Source: Terriglobales bacterium (GTDB lineage: Bacteria > Acidobacteriota > Terriglobia > Terriglobales > Acidobacteriaceae). Taken from it: 64,000 nt of DNA. This document shows, piece after piece, positions 34,283-42,374 of the stretch. How positions within the stretch are numbered: the first letter of the stretch is position 1; every line of letters begins with the position of its first letter. The position numbers and the translations under genes were made by a program. Under the pieces are notes generated by a model. That model saw nothing but the letters and a program-made list of their open reading frames with translations. It was not told where the DNA came from and did no database searches. Location of the stretch: positions 80,257 to 144,256 of the forward strand of contig JAICSO010000010.1 in the NCBI GenBank assembly GCA_025936825.1, given 5' to 3'.

Positions 34283-35320
34283 TCAGTCCTCCTCCCGGAG
34301 GATGTTCCAGCGATACACTCCCAAAAACGCCGGGTTCTGCGGCGTTGGTCTCCAGCAGAACTCCGGATGATGCTGCAATTCTGTGACCGTCACTCTGCGA
34401 ATCTCTCCAGAGGTGTGACCACTCGGTCCAGTGTGGTAAATGAGCCAGCCTGATCCGTCGGTAAAGGAACTGTCCCCGAGATAGATCATGGTGTGGAAAG
34501 GCATGCGATGTCCCTCCTGGCGGAAGAACAACAGATCGCCGGTGCGCGCTGCGCTCATCTGCCGACTGACGAAATGCGTGTTGTAGAGCCGCAGTGATTC
34601 GGCATCAGCAAACTGCGTGAACGTGCCATTCACAACGTCATCGGGAGCAAATGCGCCAGGCTTCGTCCGAAAGAGACCAATCCCCAGAGCTGTGTGCGGG
34701 TATGTGTACTTCTTCACCGATTGAGAACCTGGCAGTTGATTCAAATGCCATTGGATCGCCCATGAGGCATCATGCCTGCGTAGTGTCTCGCGATAAGCGA
34801 ACCGGATCAGCGCCGCACAATCATTGATCTCGATTGGGCGGTCCTTTTCTGGCTGAAACAATGTGGATTCGGCCAGAAACGCAAACCAGTGGCGGAATGC
34901 CGACCGGTCTTCTTGGCTGTCCAGTCGCAGGAAGTCGGGTGTGCCATCGCCAAATTGATCAGTAGGATCAAGATTCAGTTGTATTTTGGTTTGCGCAGGT
35001 GGAAATCCAGGAGCACGTGCGATCAATGTGACCAAGCCTGGATTCACGCCGGCACGCAGATAAACGTCCGGGCCTTTCATTTCGATATCGGCCAGCTCAC
35101 GACCCGACGTAAAAGTCCAGACAACTGCGGTGGGGCTATATTTTTCGGCTGAAACGTTGAGTTTGGTTTCAGCGTAGCCGTTGGCGGGGAGCACATCCCG
35201 GCCGGGAGAAACCACCAAGCCTGATTTGCGGGCCCGATGGTAACTGGCAAACGCAAGTGCCAATCCGATCAGTAAGCAAACCAGCGCTAGACCCCACCGG
35301 CGTGCGAAATGGCGCAACAA
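34283..35320 (-). CDS. DUF1175 (E. coli YfaT-like) protein with an N-terminal Ig-like extension
   Basis: 345 aa, TTG start. The C-terminal half (SAFRHWFAFLAES...INDCAALIRFAYRETLRRHDASW...ARTGDLLFFRQEGHRMPFHTMIYLG...LIYHTGP...WRPTPQNPAFLGVYRWNIL) matches YfaT blocks as I recall them (FRSWF, DCAGLVRFA..E.L..HD..W, ARPGDLMFF...H.MIWMG, IYHTG, NP.F.G.YR.N.L). The stop lies 1 nt before the A2M start. Confidence 0.8.
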   Translation of the reverse strand: MLRHFARRWGLALVCLLIGLALAFASYHRARKSGLVVSPGRDVLPANGYAETKLNVSAEKYSPTAVVWTFTSGRELADIEMKGPDVYLRAGVNPGLVTLIARAPGFPPAQTKIQLNLDPTDQFGDGTPDFLRLDSQEDRSAFRHWFAFLAESTLFQPEKDRPIEINDCAALIRFAYRETLRRHDASWAIQWHLNQLPGSQSVKKYTYPHTALGIGLFRTKPGAFAPDDVVNGTFTQFADAESLRLYNTHFVSRQMSAARTGDLLFFRQEGHRMPFHTMIYLGDSSFTDGSGWLIYHTGPSGHTSGEIRRVTVTELQHHPEFCWRPTPQNPAFLGVYRWNILREED

Positions 35321-35836
35321 GTTCAGCTTCTCTGGAACAGCGGATTATAAACGGACTCGATCGTGCAGTTGAGTTACCAAAAGGATCACGCTGTTTTGAG
35401 AGCATTTCAAACAGCACCAGCGTGTCAAGCGACACACAGAGTGTCAAAGGACAGACAGTCGGGCGTATGGTCCCACCTGAGGATTAAGCGATCATCGCTA
35501 ATGAGCGAACAGATATGCGGCAGAGGGTGATTGAATCGACATCAAATTGCAGGCTCGAATCGCAGAGGTTCGATTATTTCTGCGTCGGATTTGCGGATGT
35601 CGAGTCCAGAACTTTTAGGACCGTCCTTTGCCGCTCCAATTCTTCGTGCTCAATACGTTCCAAAGTTGCTCTCGGCGGCGTCGCGCTCTCTCTCCTCCAG
35701 CTGCAGCACGCCCAGCCGAAAATAGGACTCGGTCTGCGCCGGTTTGAGTGCGATCGACTGCTCAAAGATTTACAACTGCGCTATGATTTCACTCTGATTT
35801 TCGCTGACCGATTGCCAGGCTCCGGGAGAAATCATC

Positions 35837-36907
35837 ATGATCAAGTTTCGAACGCTGCGTCTTCTTAGCGTCATTGTCACCTTGATATTCGCGCTGCAAA
35901 CGAAAGCGACTCTCGCCGCTTCCAAAGAGTTCGTCGTGAATCCGCTGATGCCGAGTGGTCCCGATCCCTGGGTGGAATACAAAGACGGCTATTACTATTT
36001 CATGCGCACTACTGCCACGAACCTGACGATCTGGAAAACACGAAGCATGGCGGAATTGGGATCGGCGGAACAGAAAGTTGTTTGGACACCACCTCCCACC
36101 GGCCCGTACTCGCACGACATTTGGGCGCCCGAAATCCACTTTTTACGCGGCCGCTGGTACATCTACTTCGCCGGCGACGCAGAAACGAACCAGACACATC
36201 GGATCTATGTTCTGGAAAACGCAAACGCCGATCCTCTGCAGGGCGAATGGCAAATCAAAGGCAAGATTACAGATGCGTCGGACAAATGGGCGATTGACGC
36301 TTCGGTATTCGAAGATCATGGCGCGTTGTACATGATCTGGTCAGGATGGGAAGGCGATGAGAACGGCACTCAAAGCATTTACATTGCGCGACTGAGCAAC
36401 CCTTGGACTGTGGAGAGCAAGCGCACACGCATCTCAACGCCGGAATATCCCTGGGAAAAGGTTGGCGACATGCCGCCGCAGATGGCGGGAGGGAACCCTC
36501 CCCACATCGATGTAAATGAGGGACCTGAGGCCCTTATCCACGGCGGAAAAATCTTCCTCACGTATTCTGCGAGCGCCTGCTGGACGGACAACTATGCGCT
36601 CGGAATGGTGACTGCGGTCTCCGGCGCCGACCTGCTCGACCCACACTCCTGGATCAAGTCTCCACATCCGGTGTTTCAACAGTCGCCGGAGCACCACGTG
36701 TACGCAACTGGGCATAATTCATTTTTCAAATCGCCGGACGGTCGCGACTGGTTGCTGTATCACGCCAATTCCGAGCCCGGACAGGGTTGCGGCTGGCATC
36801 GCTCACCGAGGGCGCAGCCTTTTACCTGGAATTCGGACGGTACTCCGAATTTTGGCGATCCTCTATCTATCGATGTGCACATCCCGTGGCAAGAAGACAG
36901 ACACTGA
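35837..36907 (+). CDS. GH43-family glycoside hydrolase (five-bladed beta-propeller), secreted
   Basis: 356 aa with GGGAGA upstream of the ATG and signal MIKFRTLRLLSVIVTLIFALQTKATLA. NPLMPSGPDPWVEYKDGYYYFMRT, HDIWAPEIHFLRGRWYIYFAGD, WAIDASVFEDHGALYMIWSG and NEGPEALIHGGKIFLTYSAS carry the catalytic Asp/Asp/Glu pattern of GH43. Confidence 0.85.
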   Translation: MIKFRTLRLLSVIVTLIFALQTKATLAASKEFVVNPLMPSGPDPWVEYKDGYYYFMRTTATNLTIWKTRSMAELGSAEQKVVWTPPPTGPYSHDIWAPEIHFLRGRWYIYFAGDAETNQTHRIYVLENANADPLQGEWQIKGKITDASDKWAIDASVFEDHGALYMIWSGWEGDENGTQSIYIARLSNPWTVESKRTRISTPEYPWEKVGDMPPQMAGGNPPHIDVNEGPEALIHGGKIFLTYSASACWTDNYALGMVTAVSGADLLDPHSWIKSPHPVFQQSPEHHVYATGHNSFFKSPDGRDWLLYHANSEPGQGCGWHRSPRAQPFTWNSDGTPNFGDPLSIDVHIPWQEDRH

Positions 36908-37024
36908 TTCAGCCAGTTGGAACACGGTCTGGTAGCATTTCGGCTGTCCTAGACTCGTCTGTATCGCGAAACGCACGTAGATTCGGGCCTTCTATAAGCA
37001 ATAGGCTTATTTCTTGGTTCATCA

Positions 37025-37921
37025 TTGAGAAGAGATCTTACTAACCACCCTCCGTTTTGCCGGATAAGAACATTGCGATGTGTTGTTCTGCCGATGTGCG
37101 CCGCACTGCTCGCCGGAAGCGCCGCGGTGAATGCCTTCACTCAGGAACGCAAGACCGGCGGTCACGAAGGCGTGCAGCAGGATTATCAAAAAATGACTCC
37201 GGAGCAGCGCTCCGCTGCAACGCGCGAATTTCTTGGATTAGGGCTCATGCCGGACACGGCCGCGGCCGCACGAGGGGCGCCGTTGTTCGCGCAGAACTGC
37301 GCCGTGTGTCACGGGAAAGCTGCTCGCGGAGGCATGGGGCCGAGCTTGATTACGTCAGATCGGGTGCTAACCGATGAACACGGAGAACGGTTGGTGCCAT
37401 TTCTCCAGAAAGGCAGTCCGGGAAAAGGAATGCCGGGATTCGCCACCATGTCAGATCAGCAACTGACTGACATCGCCGAATTCCTGCACTTACAGGTGGA
37501 GAATGTGGCTAATCGCGGGACCTACAAAGTGCTGAACATCCTCGTTGGGAATGCACCAAAAGGCAAAGCGTATGTACTGGCCCATTGCATGTCCTGTCAC
37601 ACGACGGAGACGTTCGCGCACATCGCAAGCAAGTTCCGCTCTCCGGAGCAACTGCAACGTAACTGGATCTGGCCGATGCACGATGGCAGCATAACGGCTG
37701 ACGTAAAAACGTCAAAGGAAAGGTTCTCGGGGCGGGTAACCGAGATCAGCGATTTTCGTATAACTCTCGTGGACAAGTCAGGCAAAACGCGCACCATCGA
37801 TCGTGGTCCTGGTGTGGATGTGCAGATCAACGATCGCTTCGCTGCGCACCAGGAAATAGTGATGACACTTGCAAACGATGACATGCACAACGTGACTGCT
37901 TACTTTGAGACCCTGAAATGA
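37025..37921 (+). CDS. Dihaem c-type cytochrome, probable electron acceptor of the downstream PQQ dehydrogenase
   Basis: There are two CxxCH motifs (CAVCHG and CMSCHT). The start is ambiguous: TTG at 37025, TTG at 37073 (giving MRCVVLPMCAALLAGSAAVNA, a good signal peptide) or ATG at 37094. The stop overlaps the next start (ATGA at 37918-37921). Confidence 0.7.
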   Translation: MRRDLTNHPPFCRIRTLRCVVLPMCAALLAGSAAVNAFTQERKTGGHEGVQQDYQKMTPEQRSAATREFLGLGLMPDTAAAARGAPLFAQNCAVCHGKAARGGMGPSLITSDRVLTDEHGERLVPFLQKGSPGKGMPGFATMSDQQLTDIAEFLHLQVENVANRGTYKVLNILVGNAPKGKAYVLAHCMSCHTTETFAHIASKFRSPEQLQRNWIWPMHDGSITADVKTSKERFSGRVTEISDFRITLVDKSGKTRTIDRGPGVDVQINDRFAAHQEIVMTLANDDMHNVTAYFETLK

Positions 37922-39528
37922 AGCTCTTTGCGGCCATCTGCGAAGCCCTCGCCGTCACGAGCGTTGTGGGTGCCTCGCTTTGCGCCCAAGTATCGCTGGC
38001 CCCAAACGCCATCGGAAAAGCGCCGATCAACAACTGGCCCACGTTCAATGGCGATTACACTGGCGAGCGTTACAGCACGCTTACGCAGATCTCCACCGAC
38101 AATCTAAAACAGCTCGCGCAACAGTGGGTATACCGGATCACGGAAGTTGGAGCGCAACGCGGCGCCCCAGTCCCGATCATTAAATGCACACCGTTGCAGG
38201 TGAATGGCGTGTTGTACATCACCATCTCGGATCATGTGTGGGCGCTGGATGCACGAACTGGAAAAGAGTTGTGGCATTACGACTGGGTCGATCATGGCGG
38301 ACATCTGGTGGGACAACGCGGCGTGGGGATCTGGAACAGCACTGCATTCTTTTTAACGCCGGATAACTGGCTGGTGTCTCTCGACGCCAACACCGGCAAA
38401 GAGAACTGGCGAAAGAATTACGCCGATGCGCGCAAGCAGTATTTCTCAACTTCGGCGCCGCTCATAGTGAAGAACCACGTGATCGTGGGAGTGGGCGGGG
38501 ATGCAATGGATATGCCTGGGTTTCTAGATTCGTTCGACCCCGTCACGGGAAATCTGCAGTGGACGTGGTGGTCGACACCACGCAAAGGCGATCCCGCGCT
38601 GAAGACCTGGCCCAACGAGGCAGCGTCAGACCATGGCGGCGGGATGACGTGGATGCCGGGGACGTATGATCCGGAGCTCAATCTTCTTTATTGGCCGACA
38701 GGGAACACGAACCCCGTGTTTGCTGGCCAAGGAAGACCAGGCGCCAATCTGTGGACCGAGTCGATTGTGGCTCTCGATGTGGACACGGGAAAGCTGAAGT
38801 GGTACTTCCAGGTGTCGCCGCACGATACACACGACTTTGACAACACCACTGCTCCGATTCTGTTTGATCGCATCGTCAACGGAAAGCCTCAGAGATTGGT
38901 AGCGCAGGCAGCGCGCAATGGTTTTTTTGTGACGCTGGATCGGGTCACGGGCAAGTACCTGGTTGTGAAGCCGTACGTTCCACTTGATTATTCGTCGGGA
39001 TTGTCGGCGCAAGGCGAGCCGATTCCGATCCCCGACAAGGATCCGTCGGTGGGCGGCTCCATCAACATCGTAAACGCCTCGAATTGGCCGGCTCCATCAT
39101 ATAGTCCGAAGACTGGACTGGCATATGTGAACTCGGTGGAGGGGAAGGCGATTTACTACCTTACCGACGATAGCGACAATCCTTCGGGTTATGGAGGCAC
39201 CGGCGCCGGCATCGGGCGTGAGGTCAGAGTGTTGCAAGCCATCGATCCGCTCACGGGAATTGCTGTGTGGAAGCATGCATATCCGAATCTGAGCAATGCG
39301 CCGACTACGGTCGGGCCGAGCATCCTGACAACTGCGAGCAACCTGCTCATCTCTGGTGATGATCAGAAGAACCTGATCATTTTCAGCGCTGACAAGGGCG
39401 AGATCCTGTGGCATCACGAACTGAATGCGAATGAATCGGGCGGCATCATCACCTACCTGCTGGACGGGAAGCCGTACGTTGTATTCGGCGCAGGAGACAG
39501 CTTGTACGCGTGGAGCCTGAACAAATGA
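37918..39528 (+). CDS. PQQ-dependent dehydrogenase (quinoprotein beta-propeller), periplasmic
   Basis: 536 aa with signal MKLFAAICEALAVTSVVGASLCAQ. NNWPTFNGDYTGERYSTLTQISTDNLKQLAQQW is the typical quinoprotein N-terminus. It has repeated W-motif propeller blades (VNGVLYI...WALDARTGKELW, LVSLDANTGKENW, VALDVDTGKLKWYFQ). Confidence 0.8.
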   Translation: MKLFAAICEALAVTSVVGASLCAQVSLAPNAIGKAPINNWPTFNGDYTGERYSTLTQISTDNLKQLAQQWVYRITEVGAQRGAPVPIIKCTPLQVNGVLYITISDHVWALDARTGKELWHYDWVDHGGHLVGQRGVGIWNSTAFFLTPDNWLVSLDANTGKENWRKNYADARKQYFSTSAPLIVKNHVIVGVGGDAMDMPGFLDSFDPVTGNLQWTWWSTPRKGDPALKTWPNEAASDHGGGMTWMPGTYDPELNLLYWPTGNTNPVFAGQGRPGANLWTESIVALDVDTGKLKWYFQVSPHDTHDFDNTTAPILFDRIVNGKPQRLVAQAARNGFFVTLDRVTGKYLVVKPYVPLDYSSGLSAQGEPIPIPDKDPSVGGSINIVNASNWPAPSYSPKTGLAYVNSVEGKAIYYLTDDSDNPSGYGGTGAGIGREVRVLQAIDPLTGIAVWKHAYPNLSNAPTTVGPSILTTASNLLISGDDQKNLIIFSADKGEILWHHELNANESGGIITYLLDGKPYVVFGAGDSLYAWSLNK

Positions 39529-39547
39529 CGTGCGCTGGAGAGAATCC

Positions 39548-40303
39548 ATGAAAATCGACTTGAAGGGCCGGACTGCGGTGATTACCGGCGGAAGCCGTGG
39601 TCTAGGCGAGGCAATGGCGAAATCTCTGGCGGAGGCCGGCGCACAGATCGCGTTAGTGGCCCGCGACCGAGCACGCATGGAAGCGGTGCGAGATAATCTT
39701 GCGGCGCACGGAGCCGTGGCAGAGTTGTATGTCGCCGACGTGACGCGGGAAGACGAAGTGGCAAGGTTGGGCGACGCGGTCAGGAGTCGATTTGGGAACC
39801 CGCAAATCCTGATCAATAGCGCTGGCATCAACCTCAGAAAGAACCTGGTGGATTTCACCCTCGACGAGTTTCGCAGCGTGCTGGATGCGAGTCTAATCTC
39901 CACCTTTCTGATGTGCCGTGTATTTGTGCCGGGAATGAAGGGCACGGGATACGGCCGCATTCTGAACATGAGTTCGATCATGAGTCATGTTTCACTCGCT
40001 GGGCGCGCAGCCTATAGTTCCGCAAAGGCCGCGTTGCTGGGGCTGACGAGAGCTTTGGCGCTGGAACTAGCTGCGGATGGAATTACGGTAAATGGGATCA
40101 GCCCGGGGCCGATTGGCACCGACATGAATCGATCGCTCATGAACAATCCGGAGTTGAACACGCAGTTCCTCGCGAACCTGCCACTCGGCCGCTGGGGCAA
40201 AGTGGAGGAGATTGGTGCGCTTGCCTGCTATTTATGTTCCGAAGATGCAGGCTTCATAACAGGAACTGACATCCTCATCGACGGAGGATGGACGGCGCGG
40301 TAA
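39548..40303 (+). CDS. Short-chain dehydrogenase/reductase (FabG-like SDR)
   Basis: The ATG at 39548 follows GGAGAG. TAVITGGSRGLGEAMA is the TGxxxGxG motif, NSAG is present, and YSSAKAA is the YxxxK catalytic motif. Confidence 0.9.
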   Translation: MKIDLKGRTAVITGGSRGLGEAMAKSLAEAGAQIALVARDRARMEAVRDNLAAHGAVAELYVADVTREDEVARLGDAVRSRFGNPQILINSAGINLRKNLVDFTLDEFRSVLDASLISTFLMCRVFVPGMKGTGYGRILNMSSIMSHVSLAGRAAYSSAKAALLGLTRALALELAADGITVNGISPGPIGTDMNRSLMNNPELNTQFLANLPLGRWGKVEEIGALACYLCSEDAGFITGTDILIDGGWTAR

Positions 40304-40312
40304 TGCCCGAAG

Positions 40313-41209
40313 CTACCGCGGTGCCGAGGTGGGCTGCGGTGGCGCAGGCGGTGGCACATAATCAACCAGAGTGTCTACAGTTTTGTGAGCCGCCCAGGCG
40401 ATGCCACGCAGCAGCATCTGCTGGATTTGATAGTTAGCGAAATTGGCGTACTCGTGTCCCTGCATCCATGCAAATGCACGTCCGGATTGGCCGCCAGCAA
40501 CGCCGTGTTCATAGGTCCAAATTTGCGGGACGACTTCGCCTTTGTGCGTGCCCGCACTTGGGGTGCCCGGGATACTGGTTGTTGCCAACACGTGAATTCC
40601 GGGATTGTGCGCCCACGTCATGTTGTAAAAAGCTTCGTCGAAGATGGTGAGATTCGACATGCCTTTCATGATGGGGTCCTTAGGATCGACAACCGTGTAG
40701 GGAATCGGCGCGCCGAGGGTGTAATTGACTTCGCCGTGCTTCTTGCCACCACCAACCAGTGTTGCGAAATAAGCTGGATCGGGACCGCATAGCGAATCGT
40801 GCAAGCTGACCAATCCTCCGCCTCGTTTGACGTATCCTTCCAGCGCCGATTTCTCTTCCTTGCTGAGGTACCCGGCGTCTCCCTTATAGATGATGACGAC
40901 ATCGGTGTGCTCGAGGTCAGCGGCTGAGGGCGCGTGCAGCGCACCGTCGACCACAGCACCATGCTCGGTGAGGATCTTGCTCCAATCTGCGAGAAATTGC
41001 GGGTAGTCGTGCTGACCGGCAGAGTGGGACTTAAGACCTGCCCAGATGTAAATATGCATGCCGTTTTGGTTCTGACCCCAAGGTCGAACCGCCTGCAGTT
41101 CATCTGTCCGAGGAACCTGCGAGTTGGCGTTAGGAGTCAGCAACATGGCGGCAGTAAGCAGAAGAAAACCTGGCGTGACGCAAATGAGACGCATCGTCTG
41201 GCTCAACAC
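40313..41209 (-). CDS. ThuA-like (trehalose-utilisation, class-I glutamine-amidotransferase-like fold) secreted protein
   Basis: 298 aa. An alternative ATG at 41194 gives the signal MRLICVTPGFLLLTAAMLLTPNANS. HDYPQFLADWSKILTEHGAVVDGAL...TDVVIIYKGDAGYLSKEEKSALEGYVKRGGGLVSLHDSL resembles the ThuA domain pattern. Confidence 0.6.
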   Translation of the reverse strand: MLSQTMRLICVTPGFLLLTAAMLLTPNANSQVPRTDELQAVRPWGQNQNGMHIYIWAGLKSHSAGQHDYPQFLADWSKILTEHGAVVDGALHAPSAADLEHTDVVIIYKGDAGYLSKEEKSALEGYVKRGGGLVSLHDSLCGPDPAYFATLVGGGKKHGEVNYTLGAPIPYTVVDPKDPIMKGMSNLTIFDEAFYNMTWAHNPGIHVLATTSIPGTPSAGTHKGEVVPQIWTYEHGVAGGQSGRAFAWMQGHEYANFANYQIQQMLLRGIAWAAHKTVDTLVDYVPPPAPPQPTSAPR

Positions 41210-41247
41210 AATCCTACAGGAAGTCGGCGCGATGAATTTGGTTAGCC

Positions 41248-42183
41248 TTAGGCCCTTGAAGGTCCCCTTACGGGAGTATCGCGTAACATGTGAATAAGCA
41301 TTTCCAGGCTTTCCTCGAATGTGCGCCCAGATGTATCAATCTGAATGTCCGCTTTGCCGTAAAGCACCTCGCGTTCCGCAAGAATGCGCTTAAGGTCGGC
41401 CATTGCCTCGCGATTGTTAGCCATTGGGCGCATGTCGCCCTGATCAATGACGCGCTGCATGTGTTCTTCGGGAGACGCCTTGACCCACACCGTGATACAC
41501 GAAGATAACAGCCGTTCAAATGTCCGGGGGTCCGACACCAAACTCCCCCCGGTCGCGATCACAAATCGCGAATGGCTTTGCAGCACCTTTTCGAAACACT
41601 GCCGCTCATATTCTCTAAACCCACTCTGCCCATGAAAATCAAAAATCAAGCCTAACTTCAATCCTGTGTGTTGTTCGATGAGTTGGTCGAGTTCAAGGAA
41701 CGGCAGTTCAAGACGCTGGGCGAGCGCCCGGCCCAGGGTCGATTTGCCGGCGCCACGGAGGCCGATGAAGGCAACCCGCCGATGATGCGCGGCAGGATCA
41801 ATTCCGCCGAAATGGTCGAGCAGAAGCCGGTGGGCGACCTTCAAATCCTCGGCACACAGTTGCCGCAAGAACTCCACGGTTGGAAGGAATTCGGCCGGCG
41901 GTTCAGCACCATCCAATAGAAGGCGATCGATAGAAACGTTCAGCGCTGTTGCCAGTCGCCCCAAGACGAGGACCGAAATGTTGCCCTTTCCCGTCTCGAT
42001 CTCGGCTAGATATCGCTCGGAGACGCCAGAGTTGCGCGCGAGCATCTTCCGCGTCATGCCGCAGCCGGCTCGGGCTTGGCGAACCCTTTCAGCCAGCAAC
42101 TTCAGGGGATCGCTTGGCCTCTGTTTCGGGCGCGCTCTGCTGCCCTTGCGTGAAAGTTGGGATCGAGGCGTTTTTTTGAGCAT
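41248..42183 (-). CDS. boxR: BzdR/BoxR-type transcriptional regulator (XRE HTH fused to a shikimate-kinase-like domain)
   Basis: 311 aa. The N-terminal HTH is LAERVRQARAGCGMTRKMLARNSGVSERYLAEIETGKGNISVLVLGRLATAL. The C-terminal domain has P-loop IGLRGAGKSTLG and continues ...LDQLIE...FREYER...VIATGGS (shikimate kinase fold). The gene is divergent from boxC. Confidence 0.8.
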   Translation of the reverse strand: MLKKTPRSQLSRKGSRARPKQRPSDPLKLLAERVRQARAGCGMTRKMLARNSGVSERYLAEIETGKGNISVLVLGRLATALNVSIDRLLLDGAEPPAEFLPTVEFLRQLCAEDLKVAHRLLLDHFGGIDPAAHHRRVAFIGLRGAGKSTLGRALAQRLELPFLELDQLIEQHTGLKLGLIFDFHGQSGFREYERQCFEKVLQSHSRFVIATGGSLVSDPRTFERLLSSCITVWVKASPEEHMQRVIDQGDMRPMANNREAMADLKRILAEREVLYGKADIQIDTSGRTFEESLEMLIHMLRDTPVRGPSRA

Positions 42184-42268
42184 AGGTTTGGCAAACTACA
42201 GGCGGCAAAATTCTCAGCAATTACGTTCTAAGCTGAGCCTCCAGGATGACTTGCGAGATCTCAAACCT

Positions 42269-42288
42269 AAATGCATTATAATGCATTT
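42269..42288. promoter_or_regulatory. Candidate BoxR operator overlapping a -10 box: perfect 20-bp palindrome AAATGCATTATAATGCATTT
   Basis: The sequence is a perfect reverse complement of itself. It contains two TGCA cores (42272-42275 and 42282-42285). Its centre is TATAAT (42277-42282 on the plus strand, and by symmetry also on the minus strand at 42275-42280). It lies in the 191-bp boxR/boxC divergent intergenic region. Confidence 0.55.
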
Positions 42289-42374
42289 CTCTCACGTTGA
42301 CTCCACCTCGAGCATGCAATATGGTGTTATCAGCGTGGGGTTGGTTGCGAACTTCTATACCTCGGGACCGAAAC

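Noticed and set aside
33217-34386. 389-aa plus-strand ORF (and similar ones at 29791..30702, 31468..32052 and 32092..32805) inside the A2M gene
   Set aside because: All are antisense to the 1554-aa A2M CDS, which carries diagnostic motifs (CTEQ). Their composition is Arg/His/Gly-rich, typical of antisense frames.
36994-37019. ATAAGC-AATAG-GCTTAT hairpin followed by TTCTTGGTT after the GH43 gene
   Set aside because: The stem is only 6 bp and AT-rich, and the T-tract is interrupted. It is a possible weak terminator but not strong enough to list as a feature.
39097-39981. 294-aa minus-strand ORF spanning the PQQ dehydrogenase / SDR junction
   Set aside because: It is antisense to two well-supported genes, has low-complexity Arg/Ser/Ala-rich composition, and has no SD or known motifs.
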